Positions 1 through 12,200 of a stretch of 61,741 bases of DNA are shown piece after piece. Location of the stretch: positions 1 to 61,741 of the forward strand of contig CAZWEM010000012.1 in assembly GCA_964632315.1 (NCBI GenBank), given 5' to 3'. Numbering within the stretch: position 1 is the stretch's first letter; each line of letters starts with the position of its first letter. A program made the position numbers and the translations under genes. The notes beneath the pieces were generated by a model. That model worked only from the letters and a program-made list of their open reading frames with translations. It did no database searches and was not told where the DNA came from. Source of the stretch: an uncultured archaeon. GTDB lineage: Archaea; Asgardarchaeota; Lokiarchaeia; Sigyniarchaeales; SOKP01.

Positions 1-750
1 TTCGTCAGAAGCCTTACTTATTATTTCTTTAGCTCTTTCCTTCGAAACTTTAGCTCCGAATTCGTGTTTTATTGCAAATTCAGCGCTCTTACCCAACAAG
101 AAACAGTTCAAACGCTCATCGGTAACCTTGCAGGGTTCATCCAACAAATCTCGAGAATGTCGGCAATAACAATGAGCAAGAGCAATATCATCGTATTTGT
201 CAACGATTTTTGATACTTCTTCATAGGGCATAACTTGATCGGCTGGAACTTCCTCGATTTCTTCCTCCACCGGAACAATCCTCACGATTGGTGGTAAACT
301 TTCAAATTGTTTCATTAAATTATCATAATTACGCTGAGTACCTTCTCTCATCTCGATGAAAACATCTTCGAAGAGTTTTGCGATCTTTTTGTGCTTTTCA
401 TCAGTTTCACCTTTTAAATTAGTATATTCGAACATCCCAGGGAACGGAGGAAGGAGTCTATAGACCATTATCCCTGTTCTTCTACTTGGTAACCCTACAA
501 CGATCCCATTATCCATTAGAACATTGAGCATCTTATCAACTTCATCATCATTTAATTCCGAGTTTTCTTTAATTTGATCAATATTTAATGAGGGAGCTTT
601 GAATGTCTCAAGTATGAACCGTGCTTGATCTTCAGGGATTATACTCTTGATTAATCCAATTAAAGAATCACTTATTGGCATTGGCATTTGTCCCGCTTTT
701 ACGATCCTTCTTGCCACCTTATACCAAAATTTATTTTTAGATTCAGACAC
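1..750 (-). CDS. 4Fe-4S (dicluster) domain-containing protein, N-terminal part; runs off the window edge
   Basis: Not in the ORF track. GTG start at 750 preceded by AGGTTGA, open frame to position 1: VSESKNKFWYKVARRIVKAGQMPMP...IALAHCYCRHSRDLLDEPC...NCFLLG. The CxCR...C...C pattern is typical of this ferredoxin-fusion family. Confidence 0.7.
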   Translation of the reverse strand, partial: MSESKNKFWYKVARRIVKAGQMPMPISDSLIGLIKSIIPEDQARFILETFKAPSLNIDQIKENSELNDDEVDKMLNVLMDNGIVVGLPSRRTGIMVYRLLPPFPGMFEYTNLKGETDEKHKKIAKLFEDVFIEMREGTQRNYDNLMKQFESLPPIVRIVPVEEEIEEVPADQVMPYEEVSKIVDKYDDIALAHCYCRHSRDLLDEPCKVTDERLNCFLLGKSAEFAIKHEFGAKVSKERAKEIISKASDE

Positions 751-838
751 TTTTATCAACCTATAAAAATTAATTTCCTAATTAAATTAATAAGATTATA
801 CTTTGCTTAATTACATTTCCTAATGAGAGCACAAATGA

Positions 839-1255
839 TTAAAGAGGCTCTCTAATTAAGTAATAAGTCTGGTTTGACTTGCATTTTGGACAAGAAACTG
901 ATCGGGTTCTTGATGCAGACTCATCCTCCCATTCATTATTACATTTTAAGCATCCGTACCCTTCAAAGGCCTTCTTATAATTAATATTTCCTCCACTGAC
1001 TCTTAACTCTTTTCCACGGATCAATGCTTCGGTCAGCTTCTTGTGAGCACTCTCAAGGATTCTTGAAAATGTTGGTTGAGATACACCCATTGTGCTCGCT
1101 GCCTTTTCTTGAGAGAGATTGATAAAATGTTTTAATCTCATTGCTTCAAATTCAGCTAGTGTCAGCGTCAAACCTGCTGAATCATCAATTTGAGCGTTAA
1201 AATAAAAATTATTTGGCGGATTTTTTACGAATCTTATTTGCGTTCTACGACCCAT
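839..1255 (-). CDS. DUF134 (UPF0251) HTH protein with C-terminal zinc ribbon
   Basis: LTLAEFEAMRLKHFINLSQEKAASTMGVSQPTFSRILESAHKKLTEAL is the DUF134 signature; CxxC...CPxC at the C-terminus. Confidence 0.85.
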   Translation of the reverse strand: MGRRTQIRFVKNPPNNFYFNAQIDDSAGLTLTLAEFEAMRLKHFINLSQEKAASTMGVSQPTFSRILESAHKKLTEALIRGKELRVSGGNINYKKAFEGYGCLKCNNEWEDESASRTRSVSCPKCKSNQTYYLIREPL

Positions 1256-1411
1256 TTTTCAAGTCAATAATTATTTTTTATAATAATATTTATTCATAAT
1301 TTATTATAATTAATCATTCAAAATTATAATTTCATAATATGATTTATATCTTATAACGTAATCTTAAGGATAAATTACTATTACATAATTCATTTTGTTG
1401 GTTGTGTAATC

Positions 1412-2584
1412 ATGAAAATTGAATACTCAAAAAGATTTCATAGTATTCCACCATATATATTTGCTGAAATTGAACAACTGAAATCAAAGAAAAGGAAGGA
1501 AGGGGTTGATTTAATCCCATTAGGAATAGGAGACCCGGATTTAAAAACCCCAAGACTGATAATTGATGAATTAATTAAGCAAGTTCAAGTTTCAGATAAC
1601 CAAAACTATCCTTCAAGTATGGGAGAGGAAGATTTTCGCCTTGCAATTCAAAGATGGTATAAAATCAGATTTGGGGTGGAATTAGATGCGGAAGAAGAGG
1701 TATCGGGTTTAATAGGGGGCAAAGAAGGGGTTGCAAATCTCACGAGGGCTTTTGTAAATCCAGGAGACATTGTATTATGCCCTAATCCAGGATATCCAGT
1801 ATATGAAAATGGAGCAACAAAATTATCTGATGGAATTCCATATTTAATGCCAATTTTAGAAGAAAATAATTTTTTACCGGATCTTGAAGCCATTCCTACT
1901 GAAATTTTGAAAAAAGCGAAATTAATGTTTATAAATTATCCAAACAATCCAACAGGGGCGATTATTAATACAGATTTTTTGAAAGCTCTCAATGATTTAT
2001 CAGAAGATTATAATTTTTTTATTGCTCACGATAACCCTTATTCTGAATTCACTTTTGATGATTATATTGCCCCTTCAATATTACAATTGAGCAAAAATCA
2101 GGTTGAAATAAATAGTGCTTCCAAGATTTTCTGCATGACTGGATTTCGATGTGCTTGGATTGCTGGAAACAAAGAAATAATTTATGGAATAAGGAAAATT
2201 AAATCCCAAATCGATTCTGGATGCCCTATTTTTATCCAAAAGGCAGTTATCCGAGGATTAAATGAATATAGGTCATCTCAGAGACCTGAAATCGTACTAG
2301 AAAATATTAAAATATATGAAAAGAGAAGAGACGTCCTAATTAATGGCTTGAACGAGATTGGGTGGAAAGTAAATAAACCTAAAGCAACATTTTATGTATG
2401 GGCAGCAATTCCTGAAAATGACCCGAATAGCATGGATTTCGTCAAAAAGTTGATAAATGTAGGAGTCATATTAACACCTGGCATTGGATTTGGCCAATAT
2501 GGCGAAGGTTATGTTAGATTTGCACTCACTCAACCTAGTGAGAGAATTAGAGAAGCGATAGATAGAATGAAAAAAGTAATATAG
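1412..2584 (+). CDS. PLP-dependent class I/II aminotransferase, LL-diaminopimelate aminotransferase-like
   Basis: LGIGDPD, NYPNNPTG, DNPY and SASKIFCMTGFR (PLP lysine) motifs; PGIGFGQYGEGYVRFAL. Confidence 0.85.
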   Translation: MKIEYSKRFHSIPPYIFAEIEQLKSKKRKEGVDLIPLGIGDPDLKTPRLIIDELIKQVQVSDNQNYPSSMGEEDFRLAIQRWYKIRFGVELDAEEEVSGLIGGKEGVANLTRAFVNPGDIVLCPNPGYPVYENGATKLSDGIPYLMPILEENNFLPDLEAIPTEILKKAKLMFINYPNNPTGAIINTDFLKALNDLSEDYNFFIAHDNPYSEFTFDDYIAPSILQLSKNQVEINSASKIFCMTGFRCAWIAGNKEIIYGIRKIKSQIDSGCPIFIQKAVIRGLNEYRSSQRPEIVLENIKIYEKRRDVLINGLNEIGWKVNKPKATFYVWAAIPENDPNSMDFVKKLINVGVILTPGIGFGQYGEGYVRFALTQPSERIREAIDRMKKVI

Positions 2585-2635
2585 TAGCTTTAAAAATAAC
2601 AAAATTTTTTATTGAGTTAAAACTTGAGAAATAAT

Positions 2636-2830
2636 CTATTTTTGATACTTTCTTCTCAAATAACTCATTTTAACTTGATCTTCTGATTCTATGGTTCCAG
2701 GATATTCGTAATAACTGTCCAACTCAAGCATGACTGGGCAATTATCTGAATTCCAATCCTTATAGTAATCCAAAATTGCCTTAGAATCGTAATTTTCCGC
2801 AAAATTATTTTCCGTTTTTTTCACCTCCAT
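2636..2830 (-). CDS. small acidic hypothetical protein (59-64 aa)
   Basis: ORF track. Strong SD GGAGGTGA at 2828-2821 and a structured leader with TATA boxes upstream. Start codon ambiguous (ATG 2830 vs ACG 2815). Confidence 0.5.
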   Translation of the reverse strand: MEVKKTENNFAENYDSKAILDYYKDWNSDNCPVMLELDSYYEYPGTIESEDQVKMSYLRRKYQK

Positions 2831-2853
2831 TTCTAATTGATATTTTCATGCGG

Positions 2854-3024
2854 AAAACGATCCTTATCTCAGACCACTTTTTATAATAAATGGAAAAATA
2901 TTATGCCAAGAGAACAAATCCATCAAGATTATAAAAAGCGGTTAGAAAAGGATTCGTTCTCTCATCATAATACTACTGGAATAATGGCTCTCTTATAGCC
3001 ACCAATAAATCCTGTAGTATTATG
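2854..3024 (-). promoter_or_regulatory. putative structured 5' leader / RNA switch
   Basis: Inverted repeats 2966-2976/3014-3024 (11 bp), 2873-2887/2928-2942 (15 bp) and 2910-2921/2950-2961 (12 bp). The mismatches in the latter two are G-U only on the minus strand. Confidence 0.6.
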
Positions 3025-3273
3025 CCATGAAAAAAACATGTTATTATAAAGATTAACGGGAGATGCTTTATAAATCTTATGGGATTCATTTCCCATTTTT
3101 AATTATAATCTTACTGTAAATTCAAAATTTTACTGTTAAAATATCAAATTCGCTAGTGAAACTCTATGTAGTTATTAAATTTGAAAAAAAAGATAACTTA
3201 TAATAGTATGAATTGCATAACATTTTTTTATTGACATTATTTTATAAACCAATATTCAAAAAGAGGGTTTGAT

Positions 3274-6200
3274 TTGAAATCAAATGGAAATGATGAATTA
3301 GCTCCAAAGAGGATTGAAAAAACTACTGAGGCCCTATGGCGTGTCCTATGGGCAATAGTGTATTTAATTTTTATTCCCACTATAGTAGCTGTCATATTTT
3401 ATTTCATTTTCAGTTTTGCAGTAGCATTTTTTATAGGGGATGAAAATAATGTTTTTGTAATTTCTCTTGCCCTTTCAGCAATAATGTTTTTGGTTTCGAT
3501 CCTAATATATTACCGACCATTTGATAAATACCGGAAGAAATCGATTTTTCAGAACAAAATAAATAACCCTCGAGCAAGGATTCATATTTTATTCTTGATC
3601 ACACTAGTCTCGCTTATATATACTCCGATTTTTTTGCTTTTTGTTCCAGAGCGAGATGTTCAAGAACAATTAACTTTATTACCATTATTAACATTTGTTT
3701 TAGCTTATAATAGCGTATATCTTTATTATTTCTCTCAACCTATAGATTTCTTTAGCATATCAGAATCCAAGTTCAAACATTTTAATCAGTTGAAAGATAC
3801 AATAAAGCAACCTTATAATCTTATAATTCTTGTTAATTATGTTGTTCTCATAGCGTTTTTATCTATTACTTTTGAAATGAAAATCACACTTGGAGATATA
3901 GTTTTAAACATCTCTTGGTTGTTTGCTATTATTGCAAACATTGTTTTTTACTTTATAGCATTAACAACCACTAAACCTCACATCAAAAAAATAGAAGAAT
4001 CAATAAAAAACAATGAAAATTTTTTAGAAGATTTAGTACTATACAAACAAGCATTTGTGAAATCAATTGTTAGATTAGATTTTTTTATATTAATCCTAAT
4101 TCCATTTGGAATAATATCAGTATTCTACCAACTAATTGAAAATTATGCAATTATAAATGCGATTTTTATAACACTGATACTCGTAATTTTTAACTTTAAG
4201 CTTGATATTTATATAAAATCATATTTTTTCAGGCAACTGAATCGTATAAATCCTGATAGGTATGCTACTCGTGATGTTGGAGTAAAATGGAACTTTTTCT
4301 TAACTATCTCATTCATAATCTTAATTCCTTCCTATATCTTTTATTATTCTTATGTTTTAATACCGGAGGTATTCTATTTCAATTTACTTGCTTTATTAAT
4401 AATTTATTTAATTACAAGAGCAGAGGAAAAGCATGATTATTTACCAAAAGAGTATGCAAAACATCTACATCTAATCATTACTATTTTTTTATCAGCTATT
4501 ATTTCTTTCCAAATTGTTCCAATTGTAGAAATTTTCGTAAATTTCGTAATATTTTTCATTATACTATATTTCAGCCTGGAACTTTTTGTTAAATTCGGTT
4601 ACTATAGCAGGAAAAATTTATTACTCGTACAAAATGTTTTAGCTATCGCTAGTTTTTATTGTATAGCATATTTATTTTTCAGAGATATTGCATTTGGTCC
4701 GAGTCCTATAGATTCAATAAATACGTTTATGGTTCATTACATCCTTCCAGGTTTAATTGGAAGTTTATTCTCTCTTTTTTTGCTATATTTCCGACAATTT
4801 TATAAGAATTCGTGGAAGACTTTAAGAACAGGAGTCATTTGTAATATTTTGGTAATTATTGGACTCTCATTCTATTTACTCAATATTACTCCTAATGTCA
4901 CCAATTTAATTGTGTCAGTAATAGGTTTTTCAATTCTTTACATTGTCCTTACAGGATTCAATTATCTTATTCACATTTTCAGTAAACAAAATTTAGCCAG
5001 TAATGTTTATAGTACAATTTGGGTTTTAGATCTCAGCATTTTTTCTGCCATGTTATTTAATACTTTAACTAATGCAATTAATCTTCTCACAATTGTTCCC
5101 GATTTTCTTGTTTTATCAGCATTAATTTTATTCACTTTATGGTTTGGTAAGAAGATCGGAAAAGTAAGTGAAAGAAATTATTTTAAACTGTTCAATGTTA
5201 ATGGTTTTTTATTAATCCTTGAAATTTTCATTTTATCGTCACAATTTCTCATTGAAGAAGTCTTCCCTCATCAAGTTGAATATAAGGTTTTAGCCTACTT
5301 TATATCCACATGTATCACGGCCCTCATCGTGAACGTTGGAGCACCATCTAAATCTGCATCCATCAAAAAAGCGAAAAATTATCTCAATATCTTTACAGTC
5401 ATGTTTGGGTGGTTTTTAATGGAAATGTTTTATTTCCTTTTAAATTACCAGAATCTTAATGATCTTTACGGCTTAATTATCGCATCATCTTTAATATCTA
5501 CAATTCCAATTGGATTCTTAGTCTTCGTTAAAATTTTAGATAAAAAACGACTCCTTGGTTACCTTTTCCTTGTCATAAATGTTATCTGCTTGACATTTTT
5601 CTCTTTTGTAATCCATTTCATCCTTGAAAATGAAATTGACCTCTTTTTCGGAATTTCGTTTGTCCTCTTAGGTTTAGTTATTTCATATATAGGAATAGGC
5701 AAGGTTGGAGTTAAATTAGGCTATATTTCAAATGACTTTTACCTCAAGTTTGTGAAAACAATGTATTACCCCATTGGAATCATTCTTTTCTTAGTATTTT
5801 TTAGTTTCTCATTAGAACTCACTGGGGATCTATTTCTTTCATTCTTAATTGCAATATCATTGTTGAGTGTATTGACTAATTTTGCGAATTTGATTTTTAA
5901 AACGATTGCCAAAATTAATTTTCGAATCACGCTTATAACACTGTTTTACGCTGTATCCTATGCTTCATTCTTATTGGTTCAATCACTTATTTTAATTCCT
6001 TATTCAACTCTTTATGAATGGTATGTTTACCTATATTTTTCAATAATATTAATTCAATTGATGTTTTACATTCCTTTTGCTTATTTAACAGCAAAGAAAA
6101 CCAATATAAAAGTATCTTTTTTCAAGTATAGCTATTATTCACTGTACAGTATGATTTTGTTAGTTTTTCTTCTGATATCATCGTTCTTTTTTTACTTATT

Positions 6201-9200
6201 TTATTCCCAACTCATTGGAGTATATGTTTTGGCATTGATTGCAGATATTATATATATCACCATTATTCTTTATAACCATATTAAAAGAGGGTTAGCAAAA
6301 CATTATCTACCCGTCATACACCTTTCAAAAAAAGCTGCTATTGTGTTATATTCTGCTCTTTTTTCTGAATTTTATGCTTTTCTTTTAACTATGATTCTTC
6401 TTTTATTTCAGCCACCATGGCAATTATGGGAGTTATTTCTTTCGAGCTATTTGGCATTTGTCATAATCAGTTTAGTAATATTGGTATTAGCAAATAAACT
6501 AATACTCTTTTCGATTGAATTTAGTCATAGAATAAATATAATTTCTCTCTTATTCACTAGTATACTTGCAGCGTACTTTTCGCAAATTTTTGTCAGCACA
6601 TTATTTGTGAACATGTATTTACTATGGGATATAGTAATATTAACATTCTTGGTTTTTAGTTTAGTTCCATTATACTACACAATTAATCGAAATATATTTC
6701 AACGATTTATTAATAAGAAAAGTGTTTATGTTGATGGTATCCTCATATCACTCTCCGTAATCATTTTACCAGTATTTCTCGCTATAGAATTTTCTCTCAT
6801 TACTACATTTCTACTCTATATAGTTATCTCTATGATTTTTTTGAGTTATTGCTTCTTAAAATACGTAGAACATGTATTTGATGAATTGAGTATAAAACAA
6901 GGTCAACAAATCGCTTTAAAAACCATCCAGTTAATTTGCTGGAATTTATTATCGGTATTTGTATCATATACTGTTTTCACTACTTTTACTCCAGGAATTA
7001 TCAATGAAATGTTTTATTTAGTGTTATGCGCATCTTCAATTGCATTTTTTATCATTAATCTGAATAGCCTACCAATAATCGAAGATATAAAACAACGAGT
7101 TTTCGAAAATGAAGAGCTTAAAATTGATTATTACAAAATATATAAGATTTATGAGTTTTATAAGAACGTTAGCTTTTTCGCATTCATTTTCTCCATATCA
7201 GGGTTGATTTCTACTCTCTTGCATCCATTTATTTATTTATTAGGAGCCCTCATACCATTATTCTTTTTAACGCCAGGAATTATTCAATTTGAACTTTTCT
7301 TTTTGTTTTCGCTCTTATTACTTATAATTACGCAAAAGATTGAAATAGAATATCAAAAAACTAGGACTTGGATTATGTTACTTTCTTGGTTGATAATTAA
7401 AAGTACGGTATGCGGTTATATTTATTCATATTTCATTGAAACTCCTATTTTGTCTTGGAGCATATCAATATTGATATTTTCAGTATTTAGCCCTATTACT
7501 CTGCATTTCATCAAGAAGATAAGGTTAGTTTTTGGCAGTACGAGTAAAATAGTAAATAGTATTCTTGTAGTTTCATTTTATGGCTCATTGATCACTTTAT
7601 ATCTTGTCTATTTCTGGACGCTCAGAATGCTTCCATTCTTCTCGGGAAATCTCCTATTATTCTGGTTCTTATTCATTAGTAACAGCATTATATACTTTGA
7701 TTATGTTATTATGAGATTAAGAAATATTTTCGAAGGAGAATTTGAATTTAATCTGTTAAAACTTTATTTCAAGTCATCCTTGGTTTTATGCTTATTCATT
7801 TTCTTCAATTTTTATTTAAACTTAGTCTTGTGGTTTATTTCTGCTATAATATTGTTGAGGCGAAGAAATTCTAGTGTCGTAATTAAATTTCTGATTTATA
7901 TTTTGTTTAGTTTATCATTATACATCTATCTCTTTGTCGATTTTTCATTCTTGTTTCCTTTAGAGTGGAGAGAGATCTCTATAATGCTAACTGTTTCCTT
8001 GATCTCTGTTTTTATGATTTCAATCTTCTCCAATTATCGGAAAGTAAACGACTTAGAAAAGTTTAGTATTTATCTTCTTCTCTCTTTCTTATCCTTCGTT
8101 TCATTTTCTTTTATTCCAGAATTTTCGATATTTCCTGGATTATTTTACAATGGTTCTTTCTCACTATTAATTTTCTTAGCATTGACAGGCAACTATTATT
8201 ATCAGAAGAAAGATAGTAGATATAAGTTGTTTATTCGACCTTGTGCTGTTTTAGCTGTATTTGATCTTACAAGTTTCTTATTTTATGGGTTACTCTTCAA
8301 TTTCCCTCCGTTTAGCCCAAATTACCAACAAATTCTAAGTTTTACTTCAACTTTCAGTTTAACTGGGTTGACTTTTGTATCATTATATAATCAATCACCA
8401 CAGAGATTCAGGCGCTTATCTTTCTTTATCGTATTACCACTTTTGACGTTAAGCATACCCACTTTTATATATTTTTTCATCTTTGCATCTTTTCCGCTAC
8501 TAAGAAGCTCGGTAATACCTTTAACAATATCTCTAAATGTAGGAATATTATTTTTCTATATTGCTATTGGTTTGTACCAATGGAAATTCTCAAGAGCGAT
8601 TTGGAAAACAGGATTCTGGGCTTGGATTCTTCTCCCAATCGTTAATTATGCCATTATTGACCAATCTTTTGCAGCTTTAAGTTTAAGATCTTTGGATCTT
8701 TTTGGTTTCAATATTCCAGCATCCACATTATTAGCAATTACTATTTGTATTATTATATCCTTTCCTTTTTGGTATAGTTGGATTAAAGCTCATTTTAGTA
8801 CAATCTTATTTGGTACCTGGATTATAAGCCTAGGTTTACTTTATTGGTTTAGCCAAAATTTATTCTTAGGAAATCCATTATTGATAAATTCTTCATTCTT
8901 GATTTTTGCATTCATATTGCTCATGCCATTAGTTTACAAGCTTAAAATTTGGAGGGTGTTAATGGCGTTCTGGATCCTTTTTACAATTATTATCATATCT
9001 TTCATTAATTTCTTCTTTTCAGATTTGGGAACAATGGTAATATCCATTGATATCAGTGTTTCAGGTTTATCCATCATATTTTTGTCATATTTTCCTAATA
9101 TGAAAAATAGGCGAAATCTTTCGCTTTTAGTAGCATATTTTGTACTAATGACCGGGATTTCAGTGATGATTTATCAAATTATTCTTGATATTGTGTTTCA

Positions 9201-12200
9201 AGGACTGGACCCACTTGGTGCACTATATTTAACGATGATAATAATTTCTGCTTCATCATTTTCCTCTAGGATACTGAAGGTAAACAAGATTCTGATGAAT
9301 TTTCTGATATCTTGGACTTTAGTTATTTCTTTTGCACTCATGACATTTCATATTTGTAATATATTTCTTCCATATAATATCGGAGGGGCACTTTATATTT
9401 CGTTGACTATTGGAGGTTTAACTTTTTTCATTTTTAATCGTTATAAAATGCTTTGGGGGCCATATGAAAACTTTATGCCTGTATCATCTATGATTGCGTT
9501 TATTGCTATTGCATTAGGCACATCTCTTTCTATCTCATCTATACTTCTAAATATAATTTCAATAAATCCATGGTTTCTCATTGTAGCGGTATTTTTATTC
9601 ACAAATATTATATTTCTTTCATTTAAAATTAAAAACTACGGGTTTATCTTGTCCTATCTATTACCAATCCCCATAAGTTCATTGATCCTCTTCTTTTTAC
9701 TATTTTTTGAGCCCTTGAATAATGTAGTAATTCTTACTACCATCGGAATTTTGACATATTGTGTAGTGAATCAACTTTTGAAAGTTAATGTAAAATTCAA
9801 AGCATTATTACGTCTAATATTATATCTTGATAGTTTCGCATTATCACTACTTTTACTACCTTTCCCCGATCTATCATTGAATTTCTTTATTTCAATGTCA
9901 ATTTTGTTTATATTGACAACTTTTGATAGTTTACTTTCTAAAAAGAGAAAATACTGGTATATTGTTCTAGTGAATCTTATAAGCTATATCTCTTCGACTA
10001 TCTTCTTGTTTTGGTACCTAAATGTCATATTTTTAGCACAATTCGAATATATGATATGGTTAAATAGTTTTGTTTTCATATTACTTCAAAAATATACGGT
10101 CTACGCATTCTATACCATTCTTAAATCCTTGAATAAATACGACCCTGAAAAACTCGTACGATATAGGTTGATTTTAAATTATAGTTTATCCAATGCTCTA
10201 TATGTCCTCATTAGTCTTTACGGTTCCTTAAGCCTTGGTTCAGCGATTAATGAATACTTTTCTTTAATTGGAATAGCTTCATTCTCTTTAGGATTGATGA
10301 TTTTTTGCTTCTTCTATTTTATTCTAAATAGCATTTTCAATAGAAAATTTAAGGGTAAAGTAAGAGGGGGAATAAGATCAGGTCTATTTGTCGCTTTCCA
10401 AGTTAGTTTATTTGGATTATGGGCTTTTAGCCTCGGATTGAATAACTTTTCTTTTCTAATGCTCATAATTATTATTGAAACGTTATTATTATATTATACT
10501 TTTAGTTTGTTCTCTCCGTTAATTAGCAAGGAAAGTGAAAAAGTAGTTTTTAACTATGTACCATTTTTAACTTTTCTTTTATATGTTGAAATTTCAATCT
10601 TAAGCTTCAGCTTGATTAATAGTTATACTACACTAGACTTGTTCTATTCAAGTTTCTATTCCCTCTTGATCTTTTTTATTTTAACCGCGATCGAACTAGG
10701 GATCGTTAAGAAAGTTAATATAAAATTGACAAAACTCAGTCATTTTGTAAGTTATACAATTACTTCTGTGCTTGTCTTTATTTTTGCTCCTAGCTTTTTA
10801 TTAGGACATGTTGATTATATTATTTTCAACTTAATTATTATATTATTTCTCTCAATGCAGTTTTATACCGTGAGAGCTCTATTTTCATTCCTTAGTCATT
10901 ATAATTGGTTCAATAACATAAAAGCATTGAGAGTTAAACAAATGATTAATAATATACTTATAAATTCGATTTTTATCTTGTTAAGTTTGTTTGGCTCCTT
11001 GTTAATTTCAACTTTAAATGTTCCATTTTCTAATATCTTCTTTATCTCTTTACTCTTTTCTTTCTTCATGTTCTTTTTAAATGGAACAATTAATAGAACA
11101 ATTGATAGATCTCTAAGAGTTAAGTATTTACTCGTACCTTCCTTTATTGCAATGCAGATTTTTTCTCTTTTATTAATGGTTGAGATGCTACAAATTGATG
11201 TAAACCTTTTTATCTTTTGGTTAAGCTTAATAGCACTTATTGAAACCCTAATGAGCATATATCCCCTTTACATTATGAGAAAGTACACGAAAAATGAAGC
11301 GAGAAGAGTTTTTATATCAAATTCATTTAAAGGGATTGAGTTTTGCTTGTATCTTGAAATCACAATATTAACTTTTGGAATCTTTTATTATAATCTAAGA
11401 GAACCATTTCAAAGTTTATTATATTCCCAATTAATTTTGTTTGGATTAAGCGTGCTGGAAATCTTTGTATTTAAGAGCTTGAAGGAAAAATTCGGATATA
11501 TTATACATCTTATTAGTTATTTAATACTTTCTGGGTCTTTAGTTTATATCGTATTTTTATTCAGATTATCAGAATTCCTATACCTACTGATAATTTTAAT
11601 GCAATTTTATTCTAATTATGCATACTTTAGAATGAAACGCGATCTAAATCCAGAGAATGCAGATACAAATCAAAAATGGGCAGTAAGAAGACAAAGAATA
11701 ATTGGGACTGCTTTCTATAGCGTTTTATTATTTCTAGTTTCTCGCTATCTGTTGTTTTTTACTACATTTGATATTTTCATTTCATTATTCTTGATAAGCT
11801 TATTACTTCATGTAATTACGTTATTTGACAGGGCGATCTTAATATTCCTTGGCCGTTTATCAATGCCATTGATTGTGATTTCATTAATCATTATCAATAT
11901 TATTTCAATTCCAGTATTTTTAACTTGGATCTTTACAACGGGTCTTACGTATAGGTTAATACCGTTAGTGATTATTATTGTAGAAATAGAGCTATTTTAT
12001 TTAGCTAAACTAACCAATAAATGGAAAGCATTCAAGAACCCTTTTATCTCTGTATTATATTTCAATCTATCGTCTTGGCCTATATATTTTATTGATCTCT
12101 CTTTTGCATCATTATTAATTAACTTTAACTTGATTATGCTTTCAATGTTTTTATTTTTCATAATTGTGAAAATAGATAGAGCAATTAATGCTTTAAGCGT

